A stretch of 20,000 bases of DNA from Vicugna vicugna. Taxonomy: Eukaryota. The position numbers and the translations under genes were made by a program. The DNA lies in NCBI GenBank assembly GCA_013265495.1, contig MU058290.1, positions 542,667 through 562,666 of the forward strand. Direction: 5' to 3'. The notes below the pieces were generated by a model. That model was not told where the DNA came from, did no database searches, and saw only the letters and a list, made by a program, of their open reading frames with translations. Below, in pieces: positions 19,973 through 20,000 of this stretch (position 1 is the first letter of the stretch; every line of letters begins with the position of its first letter).

Positions 19973-20000
19973 ATATAAATATAAATATAAATATAAATAT
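19973..20000 (+). repeat. (ATATAA)n simple repeat running off the window end
   Basis: atataaatataaatataaatataaatat. Confidence 0.9.

Noticed and set aside
1..20000. CRISPR arrays, operons, rRNA or other prokaryotic/viral systems
   Set aside because: No regularly spaced repeats or dense ORFs. The sequence is CpG-depleted mammalian DNA explained by one OR gene and interspersed repeats.

Overview
AT-rich, repeat-dense mammalian genomic DNA, most likely from a camelid: it carries a tRNA-derived SINE with the Vic-1 structure at ~7055-7224 and an L1 with an artiodactyl-type 3'UTR. The only real gene is an intact class II olfactory receptor of family 4 (ATG 9053 to stop 9991, + strand, 312 aa). It has a splice acceptor 38 nt upstream of the ATG. 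The rest is MIR, L2 and L1 fragments, an MLT1 fragment, simple repeats, and a HAL1 element interrupted by a 5'-truncated L1 and a solo ERV LTR. No prokaryote-type or clearly new system is present. The best leads are: (i) two upstream mini-exons (4013-4046 and 5551-5572), each with an ATG and a strong phase-1 donor that would splice in frame onto the OR acceptor and extend its N-terminus; (ii) an ~170-bp diverged direct duplication, not recognised as a transposable element, next to a candidate promoter; (iii) a 19-bp regulatory-looking motif that recurs 14 kb away. Repeat names and boundaries were recognised by eye and are approximate.
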